Assembly: GCA_030390025.1 (NCBI GenBank) | Contig: CM059438.1 | Span: forward strand, 70,186,001 to 70,250,000 | From: Squalus acanthias | Taxonomy: Eukaryota | Direction: 5' to 3' | DNA length: 64,000 nt | Shown: one piece after another, positions 12,105-24,434 of the stretch | Numbering within the stretch: the stretch's first letter is position 1 | Layout: each line of letters begins with the position of its first letter | Notes under the pieces: model-generated | The model's input: only the letters and a program-made list of their open reading frames with translations | The model's database searches: none | What the model was told of the DNA's origin: nothing | Translations under genes and position numbers: made by a program

Positions 12105-13049
12105 ATGGCAGGAAATCTCGGAACCGTGTCGTGCTCCTCCTGTGCTATGTGGGGAATCAGGGACACTTCCAGTGTCCCTGACAACTATGTGTGCAGGAAG
12201 TGCGTCCAGCTGCAGCTCCTGACGGACCGCATGGCGGCACTGGAGCTGCGGATGGACTCACTCTGGAGCATCCACGATGCCGAGAACTTTGTGGATTACT
12301 CATTTAGTGAGTTGAACACACCGCGGGTAAAGGCTATGTCAGACAATAAATGGGTGACCAAGAGGCAGGGCAATATCAGGAAGGTAGTGCAGGAGTCCCC
12401 TGCGGTCGTCTCCCTCCAAAACAGATATACCGTTTTGGATACTGTTGGGGGAAATGACCTACCAGGGGAAGGCACCAGCAGCCAGGTTCATGGCACCATG
12501 GCTGGCTCTGCTGCACAGCGGGGCGGGAAAAAGAGTGGTAGAGCTATAGTGATAGGGGACTCAATTGTAAGGGGAATAGACAGGAGTTTCTGTGGCCGCA
12601 ACCGAGATTCCAGGATGGTATGTTGCCTCCCTGGTGCAAGGGTCAAGGATGTCTCGGAGCGGCTGCAGAACATTCTGGAAAGGGAGGGTGAAGAGCCAGC
12701 TGTCGTGGTGCATGTAGGTACCAACGATATAGGTAAAAAGCGGGAAGAGGTCCTACAAGCAGAATTTAGGGAGCTAGGAGCTAAATTGAAAAGTAGGACC
12801 TCAAAGGTATTAATCTCTGGGTTGCTACCAGTGCCACGTGCTAATCAGAGTAGCATGAACAGGATAGCGAGATTAAATACGTGGCTTGAGCAGTGGTGCA
12901 GGAGGGAGGGATTCAAATACCTGAGGCATTGGAACCAGTTCTGGGGGAAGTGGGACCTGTACAAAAGGGACGGTCTGCACTTGGGCAGGACTGGAACCGA
13001 TGTCCTCGGGGTAATATTTGCTAAGGCAGTTCGGGAGGATTTAAACTAA
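12105..13049 (+). CDS. CR1 ORF1p: N-terminal CxxC...CxxC zinc finger, coiled coil, SGNH/GDSL esterase-like domain; intact, 314 aa
   Basis: Motifs CSSC...CRKC, IVIGDSIV, CCLPGA, VHVGTND and DGLHL, characteristic of CR1-clade ORF1. Confidence 0.9.
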   Translation: MAGNLGTVSCSSCAMWGIRDTSSVPDNYVCRKCVQLQLLTDRMAALELRMDSLWSIHDAENFVDYSFSELNTPRVKAMSDNKWVTKRQGNIRKVVQESPAVVSLQNRYTVLDTVGGNDLPGEGTSSQVHGTMAGSAAQRGGKKSGRAIVIGDSIVRGIDRSFCGRNRDSRMVCCLPGARVKDVSERLQNILEREGEEPAVVVHVGTNDIGKKREEVLQAEFRELGAKLKSRTSKVLISGLLPVPRANQSSMNRIARLNTWLEQWCRREGFKYLRHWNQFWGKWDLYKRDGLHLGRTGTDVLGVIFAKAVREDLN

Positions 13050-13096
13050 TATGGCAGGGGAATGGGAACCTATGTAGCGAAACAGGGGGAAGTAAT

Positions 13097-16033
13097 ATGC
13101 AGTCAGAAACAAATGTTAGAAGGGTGAGAAACAATAAGGGAAATCCGAGTAAGCAAAGGCAAGAAACACAAAGGGCCATACTAAATCATAAGTCTAAAAG
13201 GACAAAGGGTGTTAATAAAACAAGCCTAAAGGCTCTGTGTCTTAATGCAAGGAGTATCCGTAATATGGTGGATGAATTGACTGTGCAAATTGATGTTAAC
13301 GGATATGATGTGATTGGGATTACAGAGACGTGGCTCCAGAACAATCAAGGCTGGGAACTGAATATCCAGGGGTATTCAACATTCAGGAAGGATAGAATAA
13401 AAGGAAAAGGGGGTGGGGTAGCATTGCTGATTAAAAAGGAGATTAATGCAATAGCTAGGAAGGACATTAGCTTGGAGGATGTGGAATCAATATGGGTTGA
13501 GCTGCAGAACACCAAAGGGCAGAAAATGTTAGTGGGGGTTGTGTACAGACCTCCAAACAGTAGTAGTGAGGTGGGGGAGGGTATGAAACAGGAAATCAGA
13601 GGTGCATGCAAAAAAGGCGCAGCAGTTATCATGGGTGACTTTAATATGCATATAGATTGGGCTACTCAAACTGGAAGCAATACGGTGGAGGAGGATTTCC
13701 TGGAGTGTTTAAGGGATGGTTTCCTAAACCAATATGTTGAGGAACCAACTAGAGGGGAGGCCATCCTGGACTGGGTGTTGTGTAATGAGGAAGGACTAAT
13801 CAGCAATCTTGTGGTGCGAGGCCCCTTGGGGAAGAGTGACCATAGTATGGTGGAGTTCTACATTAGGATGGAGAAGGAAACAGTTAATTCAGAGACCATG
13901 GTCCATAACTTAAATAAGGGCAACTTTGAGGGTATGAGGCGTGAATTGGCGAGGTTAGATTGGCAAGCGATATTTAAGGGGTTATCAGTGGAAGGGCAAT
14001 GGCAGACATTTAGAGATCGCATGGATGAACTACAGCAATTGTACATCCCTGTCTGGCGTAAAAATAAAAAAGGGAAGGTGGCTCAACCATGGCTAACAAG
14101 GGAAATCAGGGATAGTATTAAAAGCAAGGAAGTGGCACACAAATTGGCCAGAAGTAGCAGCAAACCCGGGGACTGGGAGAACTTTAAAACTCAGCAGAGG
14201 AGGACGAAGGGTTTGATTAGGGCAGGGAAAATAAAATATGAAAGGAAGCTTGCGGAGAACATTAAAACGGACTGCAAAAGCTTCTATAAATATGTAAAAA
14301 GAAAGAGGTTAGTAAAAACAAACGTAGGTCCCCTGCAGTCAGAAACAGGGGAAGTCATAATGGGGAACAAAGAAATGTCAGATCAATTGAACAAGTACTT
14401 TGGTTCGGTGTTTACTGTGGAGGACACAAACAACCTTCCGGAAATAAAAGAGATCAAAGGATCTGGTAAGAGGGAGGAGCTGAGGGAAATCCTTATCAGT
14501 CGGGAAAAGGTGTTGGGGAAATTGATGGGACTGAAGGCTGATAAATCCCCAGGGCCTGATGGTCTGCATCCCAGAGTACTTAAGGAGGTGGCCTTGGAAA
14601 TAGTGGATGCATTGACGATCATTTTCCAACATTCCTTAGACTCTGGATCAGTTCCGAAGGAGTGGAGGGTGGCTAATGTAACCCCTCTTTTTAAAAAAGG
14701 AGGGAGGGAGAAAGCAGGGAATTATAGACCGGTCAGCCTGACATCGGTGGTGGGTAAAATGATGGAATCAATTATTAAAGATGTCATAACAGACCATTTG
14801 GAAAGTGGCGACATGATAGGTCCAAGTCAGCATGGATTTGTGATAGGGAAATCATGCTTGACAAATCTTCTGGAATTTTTTGAGGATGTTTCTAATAGGG
14901 TGGACGGGGGGGAACCAGTAGATGTGGTGTATTTGGACTTTCAGAAGGCCTTCGACAAGGTCCCACACAAGAGATTGGTGTGCAAAGTTAAAGCACATGG
15001 GATTGGGGGTAATGTGTTGACGTGGATTGAGAACTGGTTGGCACACAGGAAACAAAGAGTAGGAGTAAATGGGTACTTTTCATAATGGCAGGCAGTGACC
15101 AGCGGGGTACCGCAGGGTTCAGTGCTGGGGCCCCAGCTGTTTACATTATATATTAATGATTTGGACGAAGGGATTAATTGTAATATCTCCAAATTTGCAG
15201 ATGACACTAAATTGGGAGGCAGTGTGAACAATGAGGAGGATGCTAGGAGGCTACAGAGTGACTTGGACAGGTTGGGTGAATGGGCAAATGTATGGCAGAT
15301 GAAGTACAATGTGGATAAATGTGAGGTTATCCACTTTGGTGGTAAAAATAGGGAGGCAGACTATTACCTGAATGGTGGCAGATTAGGGAAAGGGGAGGTG
15401 CAACGAGACCTGGGCGTCATGGTATATCAGTCACTGAAGGTGGGAAGGCAAGTGCAGCAGGCAGTCAAGAAAGCAAATGGCATGATGGCCTTCATAGCAA
15501 GGGGATTTGAGTACAGGAGTAGGGAGGTGATGCTACAGTTGTACAGGGCCTTGGTGAGGCCACACCTGGAGTATGGTGTGCAGTTTTGGTCTCCTAACTT
15601 GAGGAAGGACATTCTTGCTATTGAGGGAGTGCAACGAAGGTTCACTAGATTGATTCCTGGGATGGCCAGACTGACATATCAAGAAAGACTGGATCAACTG
15701 AACTTGTATCCTCTGGAGTTCAGAAGAATGAGGGGGGATCTTATAGAGACGTTTAAAATCCTGACTGGTTTAGACAAATTAGATGCGGGCAGAATGTTTC
15801 CAATGTTAGGGAAAACTAAAACCAGGGGTCACAGTCTAAGGATAAAGGGGAAGCCATTTAAGACTGAGATGAGGAGGAACTTCTTCACCCAGAGAGTGGT
15901 GAATCTGTGGAATTCTCTACCACAGAAGCTTGTTGAGGCCAGTTCGCTAAATATATTCAAAAGGGAGTTAGATATAATACTCACAACTAGGGGGATCAAG
16001 GGGTATGGCGAGAAAGCAGGAATGGGGTACTGA
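13097..16033 (+). pseudogene. CR1 ORF2p (APE endonuclease plus reverse transcriptase) broken by a single in-frame TAA at 15083-15085
   Basis: ORFs 13097-15085 and 15095-16033 are in the same frame. YFS*WQAVTSG here versus [11 protein letters not shown] in the 37.9 kb copy. Motifs [24 protein letters not shown]. Confidence 0.92.
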
Positions 16034-16400
16034 GGTAGCATGTTCAGCCATGAACGCATTGAATGGTGGTGCAGGCTCGAAGGACCGAATGATCTACTCC
16101 TGCACCTATTTTCTATGTTTCTATGTTTCTATAACTAACATTTCTAGCTGATTGGTCATCTGGGTCTGATTAATCACTGCTGTACAGTTCAGAAAGCAAT
16201 GAGGGATCCTGCAAAGCAATGCCACAGTTGAGCAAACACAATACTTACATGAGCAGATCTAATGTGGCATTGCCTTTTGTAAGTCAAAGGTTAGGTTGTT
16301 TTGGATTATGGACCTGCTGCCATTCCCACTCACTGTAGAATTCCCCCATCTCCTAATCTGTATATTGTGAATTTATTCATGTCAGGCTTAACTTGGTAGC

Positions 16401-16682
16401 CTTGAATATCTCTTAATGTCTCTCAATGTCTCTTAATCTCTCCTGCCTTCTATACTACCACTGACCTTCCCTTTTGTTCTTTCATCCCCTCCCCCTTTCC
16501 CCAGCATTATACTTGCTTTAAATCTATTTCATTTCCTGCTTGTTTCCAGTTCTGACGAAAGGTCTTCGACCTGAAACGTTAACTCTGTTTCTCTCTCCAT
16601 GGATGCTGCCTGGCCTGCTGAGTTTTTCCAGCGTTTTCTGTTGTTATTTTGGATTTCCAGCATCGGCAGTATTTTGCTATCG
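16401..16682 (+). mobile_element. Penelope-like family A 3' fragment
   Basis: Matches the 22.1-22.45 and 50.15-50.52 kb copies. Approximate TSD ttaacttggtagc / ttaattggtagc. Confidence 0.75.
16548..16584 (+). ncRNA. Minimal type I hammerhead ribozyme motif (family A)
   Basis: agtt-CTGACGA-A-AGGTC-ttc-GACCT-GAAA-CGTT-aact: 4-bp stem I, 5-bp stem II, palindromic ACGT stem III with no loop. Confidence 0.75.
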
Positions 16683-17873
16683 TTAATTGGTAGCTGTCCA
16701 TTTCATCAATTCCTTGGCAAAGAGTAGAATATTTCTTTAAGATTTGAGTTGTTCAACTTTTCGGAACATAGCAAACCATCTGGATATGATTGGGGCCATT
16801 TTCAGTGTTGTAGCTAAATAAAGTATTCTGGCTTTATACATGAGGTGTGCTGGATCTCAGTCTATCTCTGGACTTCAATAATGAATGTTCCACATTCTGG
16901 CAGAGGTTGAGGAGATCCATAGGCATTTAAGCTAAATTTGGACGTTTCAAGTGGTGCTTTAGTGGATAATAGCTCATAAGTGCTTTTTGTCATCACATCC
17001 ACTGTTGCAGCAGTGTCATGTTAGGGCTTTTAGTGGAGGTCCTTGCAGCACTATAATCACATCAGCCAGGTTGGACCCATTAGCTGCTCAGGCTGTTTAT
17101 CAGATACAATCAAGATCTATGTTCTGTCGGCACCCGAGCCACCAGATTAGACCTAGTTTGCTTGTTTCTTCTGTTCGAATGCTTTTGGATCTGCAAACTT
17201 TTTCAAAATGCTTGTTTGACCATTGGCAGGCAGACAGTGCTGTGCAGGGTATTCACTTTCACAGTTATAGCACATGGTGTTAGAATGGGAATTGACAGTG
17301 ATTCTACACATTGCTATATTGTTGTCTTGTGCAGGTGCAGCTATTTATGAAGTGATTTTCTATTTTGTGTGCATGGACTTCTGATGCCTTATTTGTTCGA
17401 ACAGTATCTAATAGCTTGGTTAAATTCAAAGACTTACCTCCTTAGCTGCATTGAAAAATGTCCTGGTTGAGTCTGAATTTGAATCTCTTCATGTTTGTAA
17501 ACTCACATGCTCCAGCCGGCTTGTGGACCCTTGCTTTCACTTAGTATGTATGTACACCTACCTGATATAAGAAGCTAACGGACTTCATGTCAGGAGTTCT
17601 TCGAGATGCTGACATCCATAATGTAAATCACCTTCCCTGGATTAGCAGATACATCTTTTACTCAAGTATTCCTATCATATTCAGATTTATTTGCATGTGG
17701 CATTTAGCATCAATTAGCCCCTGGAACATGTTTGGTTATCATGTTCTTGTGTTACGTCAAGTACCAGGATGCTATTGCTGATATTGAACGTGCCAGGTAT
17801 TCTAGATATTGCTTCTATGATGACATTCTGGAAGATTTCAGCAGTTGATGAAACTTTGAAATTTGGAGACTTC

Positions 17874-18576
17874 GGGGGGGGAAATTGAGTCGTGCCCCCT
17901 TTGGGGCGCTAACCCAAAAAAATTAGCACCCCTGCGGCCGAAATTCACCGGTTGCGCCCCAAGAGGGAGGCGGGGTGCTACTGGAAGCGCCCCGCCTCCC
18001 TCTTGGGGCGCTGCGAGTGAATATCGCAGCGCTGCGGCACGTCGTGCCGCGGTACTGCAGGCCTTCCTCCCCTTATTAAAGGGGAGGGGCCTAGCACAGC
18101 GCGACCCAGGGCCCAGCTGGTCCACCAGGGATCGGAGTGCTGACAAAAGAGCCCGGCACTCAAGAGAAGTGACGGGCTCACGGAGCGCAGCCGGCACTCC
18201 GTGGGGGGTGGGGGGCTGAAGAGGAGGCCGGGAACGGCAACGGGGGCAGGTGCTGGCAGGTGGCCAGCAACAAAAATGGCCGCCCGGCACCTCCCCTTTA
18301 ATTCGCTCTGCCCTGGCCGTAGGTAGGCCCCCCTGACCCCGTCGGACATAGCGTCCGGCGGTAAATCAGGGGGCGCTACCGAAGATCGCGACCGGGGCGC
18401 TGTGCACGGCGATTAAGTCATCGCTGGCAGTGGCGCAGCACTGTGGGGCGCTAACGGTTACCGCTGCCGCTAAACTCCCGCTTAATTTCACGGGAGGTGT
18501 TGGCGGCACCGCGCCCAGGGGCTAGTTGCATTGCGTCCCGTTAGCGGGAGGCGCAAAGCAACTGAATTTTTAGGCC
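17874..18576 (+). mobile_element. CpG-rich MITE group M
   Basis: Ends ggggggggaaattgagt / actgaatttttaggcc; 3-bp TSD ttc (17871-73 and 18577-79). Confidence 0.8.
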
Positions 18577-18835
18577 TTCATCTTTAGAGTGCAACGTTTG
18601 TTAGAATGTGATAATGCAGCTAGTTGGCTCAGGATGGCACTCCTGGTGGTAGTTACCTAAGTTTAAGTCTAGCTTTAAGAACACCTTTGCACTGTGTAGA
18701 TCTTTGATGATGTCATCCAGCACAGGGGTAATGAAACTCTCAGATTAATCGCTCAATTGTTCAGCACCATATAACATTGAGCCAGGCTTAGCACTGTTCA
18801 TCAAACACCAGTGTTTCACCAATAATTACTCCGTT

Positions 18836-19680
18836 CAACTGACACTGAACAAAGAATGGCACTGTGCAACAGACACGGGTGTTGAACCAGGAATAGCACC
18901 GTGCAACTGACACTGAACAAAGAATGGCACTGTGGAACAGACACTGACACTGACCAGGACTGGCACTGTGCAACAGACACTGACACTGAACAAAGAATGG
19001 CACTGTGCAACAGACTCTGACACTGAACCAGGACTGGCACTGTGCAACAGACTCTGACACTGAACAGGAATGGCTCTGTGCAGCAGACACTGACACTGAA
19101 CCAGGAATGAGTCTGTGCAACAGACACTGACACTGAACCTAGAATGGCACTGTGCAACAGACACTGATACTGAACCAGGAATGGCACTGTGCAACAGACA
19201 CTGACACTGAACAAAGAATGGCACTGTGCAACAGACACTGACACTGAACAAAGAATGGCACTGTCCAACAGACTCTGAAATTGAACCAGGAATGGCACTG
19301 TGCAACTGGCACTGACACTGAACCAGGACTGGCACTGTGCAACAGACTCTGACACTGAACTAGGAATGAGTCTGTGCAGCAGACACTGACACTGAACCAG
19401 GAATGAGTCTGTGCAACAGACACTGATACTGAACCTAGAATGGCACTGTGCAACAGACACTGACACTGAACCTAGAATGGCACTGTGCAACAGACACTAA
19501 ACCAGGAATGAGTCTGTGCAACAGACACTGATACTGAACCTAGAATGGCACTGTGCAACAGACACTGACACTGAACCTAGAATGGCACTGTGCAACAGAC
19601 ACTAAACCAGGAATGAGTCTGTGCAACAGACACTGATACTGAACCTAGAATGGCACTGTTCAACAGACACCGGTGCTGAA
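18836..19680. repeat. 37-bp minisatellite, roughly 22-23 imperfect units
   Basis: Consensus aacagacactgacactgaac(c/a)a(g/a)gaatggcactgtgc, with some shorter variant units. Confidence 0.95.
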
Positions 19681-20099
19681 CTTTGAACAGCACTGTTAAG
19701 TGGGTACTGCAACTGAACCAGGAGTGGCACTGTTCAACAGACATTGGTGCTGAATCACGAATGATGTTGTTCAACAGAAACTTGGAAATTAAACTCTGTT
19801 CTTTGATCAGGGAATAGACAATATCAGAAACACAATGGAAATAAAAATCGTGAGAGGTGTAAAACAAGCTGCCAATTCGCTATTGCCTATTTTACATAAT
19901 CGCACAAAGTCAAAATTACCCTCCTGTCCATTTTCCCCAATGATCTTGGCAGATCAGTTGGTGATAAGTGCATGTTCAATCTATGACAGGCTCGTGGGGG
20001 AGGTAGAGGTACGTCTCTGGTAGTCTAGGGAGTCTCATGTATTAGTCTATATTAGCAGGATTGCTCTTTGCCTTTGCAAACACAGAGTTTAGAGACTCT

Positions 20100-20859
20100 G
20101 GGCTAGAAATTGGCCTCCTTTGCGCCTCCCATTATCACCTCCGGGGGCAATAACAGGGCGCTAATGACTTACTGACCGGGCACGGTGAAAGAAACGACTC
20201 CTGCAAAATTCAGTGGGGGTGGGGGTAGCGCCGGCGGTAAAACTTACCGCCTCAATCTCCTGCGCCCTGGAGATCGTGACGTCATCCGGTGCGCATCAGC
20301 CTGTTACTGCCCCGGATCCTAAATTCGCTTCCGCCCCCTGCAGCTTCGCCGGGCATCAGCAACGGCAGCTGTAGGAGGCGTTGTGACCTCTGCCGACTGC
20401 TTGGGGAGCAGTAATAATAGGGATTGGTGGTCAGGTAGGCCAAAAAGTATTTCTCACCCCTTTGTGCTGTTTTTTAAAAAAATGTCATTGCCGCGATTGA
20501 TCAGCCCTGCACTCTGAGTGCTTGGGGCTGCTCCTCACGGATCGCGGGCGCCGTCGCCAACCCATCCCCAGCCTTCCCTTTAACTGCTGTGAGCATTGGC
20601 CCTTCCCTTTAAGGGAGGGAAGGAGCCTGTGAATCCGGCAGCGCTGCACGGAACATTGCTCAGCACTCTGCTGATACTGCCCCTCTCACTCCCTTTAGCG
20701 CTCTAATGGAAGTGGTAGAGCTTGATTTAGCGCTCCACTTCCCTCTTGGAGCGCTACAACTGAATTTCGCGGGAGCCTCTCATCATTAGCGCCTGGCGAT
20801 AATTTTTCCGCTTCCGTAGATTTAGCGCCCCAAACGGGGCTATAATGAATTTCTCCCCC
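20100..20859 (-). mobile_element. CpG-rich MITE group M, inverted orientation
   Basis: Ends gggctagaaattgg / gaatttctccccc; 3-bp TSD tct (20097-99 and 20860-62). Confidence 0.8.
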
Positions 20860-22089
20860 TCTGAATGTTAAAATCCAAGCACTCATCAACAGTGAAATGC
20901 TCTCCTTTCACCTCTGGGACATAGCTTGAAGGGAGGCCTATGAAGATCCGTTGTTAACAGCCCTGAAGGAAATAAATCTGCATAGGTTCTCTAAAGGTTC
21001 CAGCACAAACTTATCTTCATACCAGGAATGTGTGGCAGATAGAGAAATGACATTTATTAACTGATAATCTGTCTCATCAATAATGGTTTTCTTTTATTGA
21101 TGCCACATTTCTGACATAGCGTATCTGACAAACTAAGATTGAGTGCCTTCTATTTTCCATTATGTAGCCCTAACCTGCTTGTTTGTCTCGCTAACGCCCA
21201 AGATTGGTACTGTATGTATGTGTATACACACACACCCATATATATCTTTCAGAGCCAAGTGCTGGTAGAATTTAGCCAAATGACAGTGCTAAGTATATTA
21301 TAACTATCCATACATCAGGGTTTGCAGCCACAGTGGTGAGACAGGTACACATTGGTATATAGAACATCACACAGCTGTTAGGGCTGATATCTTCTACTTT
21401 TGATTAATGTGGATGATGTTTTCTCCCAAGGGAAATTGTGCTTTTTTTTTCTGAGAACAAAATAGAGCAATTGCTTTACCTTCCGTATGTGTGACAGATT
21501 ATATTAATTTGTCTCTCTCACTGCTCATCAGTGTAAATAATGCTGTTCTGTTCTCAAACAGAGCAAAGAAAATCAATGTGATTCTGTTTCCTATGGCATT
21601 TTTAAATTATAAATGCTCCTCATAAACGATATTTATTATTTAAATGTTAATGTTATTTTTTAACAAAATGACTAGTCTGATGAGGGCGGACTGGATGTCT
21701 GATATAAATGTGATGCTTTAGGCTCAGAAAATATACAAAACGCTGTTGTTAAAAATAAATGTTAGTCTCTGCTTGTTCTCAGTTTTGCCTTATGATTGCA
21801 TTTGATGGGTCATTGAACTTCTGCGTAAAAGGAAAGCACACTCATATTTCATTATAAGTGATTTATACCATAAGCATCTTGTGTCTTATTTGCTGCTTTA
21901 TAATGTCATCTATAAAACTGCAGGGCAATTTTGCCTTTTAACTTGGCGAGGTGATATCTGTCTTGTGTTCTATTTAACCCCTTTGAGGACTGAAAGACCT
22001 TAAGAGTTTCCTAACTAAACATAGATCTTCTGTTAAATATCTTAGAAAGAATAAAAACATTAATTTATTGATTTTTTTTTCCCTCTCTC

Positions 22090-22450
22090 CCACATGGCAG
22101 TTGTCTTTCATTCTGCCAGTGCCATTTACTCTTCATCTAGAGCCATCTTCTGTTTCTTAACTTGTCCCATTACCATCTCCTTTTGCCTTGCGCCATCTCT
22201 TAATCTCTCCTGCCTTCCATCCTATCACAGACCTTACCTTTTGTTCTTTCCTCCCCCCGCCCCCCTTTCCCTGCCCCTGCAATTGCTTAAAAACCTGTTC
22301 GATCTCCAGCTTTTTCCAGTTCTGACGAAGGGTCATCGACCTGAAACGTTAACTCTGTTCTCTCTCCACAGATGCTGCCTGGCCTGCTGAGTATTTCCAG
22401 CATTTTCTGTTTTTATTTCAGATTTCCAGCATCCGCAGTATTTTGCTTTT
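22090..22450 (+). mobile_element. Penelope-like family A 3' fragment
   Basis: Colinear with 50160-50520. Confidence 0.8.
22318..22354 (+). ncRNA. Minimal type I hammerhead ribozyme motif (family A)
   Basis: agtt-CTGACGA-A-GGGTC-atc-GACCT-GAAA-CGTT-aact. Confidence 0.75.
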
Positions 22451-22799
22451 GATCTTCGAAAGAATGTTGTGTGAATTGCTAATAAGAAACGTTGCAGAAT
22501 CAAAGGAATGCTTAGGAATATTCTCATCATAATACTGCAGCGCTGCTTTTTTTGTCAATATAACAGAATTCCTGTGTATCAGGACGTGATTTAATATTGA
22601 AGCCAATAAGATCAAACTGAGAAAGTGGCAAGTTCAACTTGAATTAAGCAGCTCTTCTTTCAATAGTTGGATTTGCTCCTTTTATTTAGATCTCATTTAA
22701 GAAAACTTTTTCAGGCAAAGAATACAAGTATTTTCTATTGTTCAGGTTATATGTCTAACTACATGCCTTATGACAGCTTCTTTTTGCTGAACAGGTGTT

Positions 22800-23281
22800 G
22801 AAGGATCCAATATGACGTGCACATGCTCATTGCGGCAGGGTATGCGCACACGCCTTATTGGATAGGGTACCCTGTAGTCATCCAAGGCGCCTACCTGAAA
22901 CAGCCGTTAGGCCCAGTGCCTATGCAAAAAGGGGGCCTATCGCCTATTTCAGGCCCCTTTCCAATATTGGATCGCGACTGACTGCAACATGCGCCATGCG
23001 TTTTTTTCGGACGAACAGCAGACAAACCAACGGTCTTTAAAAGGACCGCTGGAGGCTGTTACCAAAAAAGGAGATAAAAAATATGTACTTGCGTGGAGCA
23101 AGGAGGAGTTGAAGTGTTACTTCTGGTTCCAGATTAAAACTGCAGGCTGTCACCGGCCACCACTCACCGCACCCACCGACCCCACTCCCCTCCCCCCCCG
23201 CCCCTCCCCCCCCACCGACATCCTCTACCCGATCACCTTGCTTACACTCTCGGGCTATCTATGGAATATAATTTCACCCCC
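22800..23281 (+). mobile_element. Degenerate GC-rich MITE (group P-like)
   Basis: Ends in aatttcacccc. Internal aaggaccgctggaggc resembles aaggctccgttggaggc in 45781-46264. Confidence 0.5.
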
Positions 23282-24434
23282 AATTCGTCTCATTTCAACT
23301 GAAGATTAGATCTTATTCCTTCGCCCCACCCCACCCCCAAGATCCAGCAAGTGAGATTATTTTTTAATTGGGAAATCTAGATGAAGGGCCAAGGTCCTTA
23401 GTAAAAAGGACCATTAAGGTTGATGAGAGTTGGAGAGAAGATGAGATAAATCAAGACGTTGTGCCTTTACCAGATCTTTTTAAAACTATTGAACATGCGG
23501 TGAAAAAGCTAATGCCATAGCGGAAATGTTGTGAGGTAAACTTCAGCCACAGAAAGAGAAAACAGTATGCCCTGCAATCAGAATCGACAGTGCAGGTTAA
23601 CATTAATTTTGTACTGCACTGCAATAGTATTTAAATTTGGTTAATTCCCTTCACGCGATCAGAAATAACTAGTGTGCAGGTGCGAATCTCACATCTGGGC
23701 TCATTTCTTTTTAAAGTGATCATTTGACACATTTCTGTAAGAGCCAGGATAACCAGATGCGACATTCGGTGCTGCTCTTCAATCATGCAGTATTTCCTGT
23801 ATCCAGCCAAATAGTTACAATGCGTCCATTTACAGTGTCTACGCTTACCTCTTTTCCATTAGGAAACAGTTATAGATGTGGCTGTTACATCCGCAAATAA
23901 GTTTCCAATTGCTTTGTTGATGGCGGAGCAGGAAAAATACTTCCTGCTTCTCATGCTAATTCACTCCTCTCCAGCTGTCTGTAGCTATCTACAGCATAAT
24001 ATTATGCATTTTAAACAGCCCAAATTACTAGGACTGTTATTTTTAACTGCATAAATGGGCTCAACTTGTGTGGCAGCTTATTTCACAGCACTTAAGTGTT
24101 GTGCTTTTTCCTTTTTTGTGCTCATTGTGATTACTTCAAATCAGACAGTGCAGTTCATCCTTTAATTATCGCAAAAGTCTTCTCTGTTAATGTATCAAGT
24201 CCCACAACAGCAAGTATGCTGAATGGTATGAAAGTAAATGTCTTTCCAACTTAAGAGCTTGCGTTCAGGATAATTTTGCATTTTTTTTTAATGGTTTGAC
24301 ATATAAAAGTGCTCATGCTTCGTTGGAACATGGTAATAATTGGCTGTTGTAAAAGTGTGTTCCAGCAGTTGATTCTTTTGTAGGAAATGGACCAGCCACA
24401 AATAACGAGCATTTATAATTGCTGCTAAAATATT

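Larger units (their letters stand above)
11890..16132 (+). mobile_element. Near full-length CR1 LINE (5' UTR, ORF1, ORF2 with one nonsense codon, 3' UTR)
   Basis: Two-ORF layout ending in a (ttctatgt)n tail at ~16110-16132. The 5' boundary is approximate. Confidence 0.93.

Noticed and set aside
14941..15309. Antisense ORFs over CR1 ORF2 (also 37829-38425)
   Set aside because: Common shadow ORFs of the RT coding strand; no independent evidence.
18788..19490. Overlapping Cys/Ser/Val-rich ORFs on the minus strand
   Set aside because: Artefact of the 37-bp minisatellite cycling through reading frames; no splice or start context.
18836..19680. CRISPR-like array (37-bp repeats)
   Set aside because: Units are contiguous with no unique spacers; vertebrate context and no cas genes.
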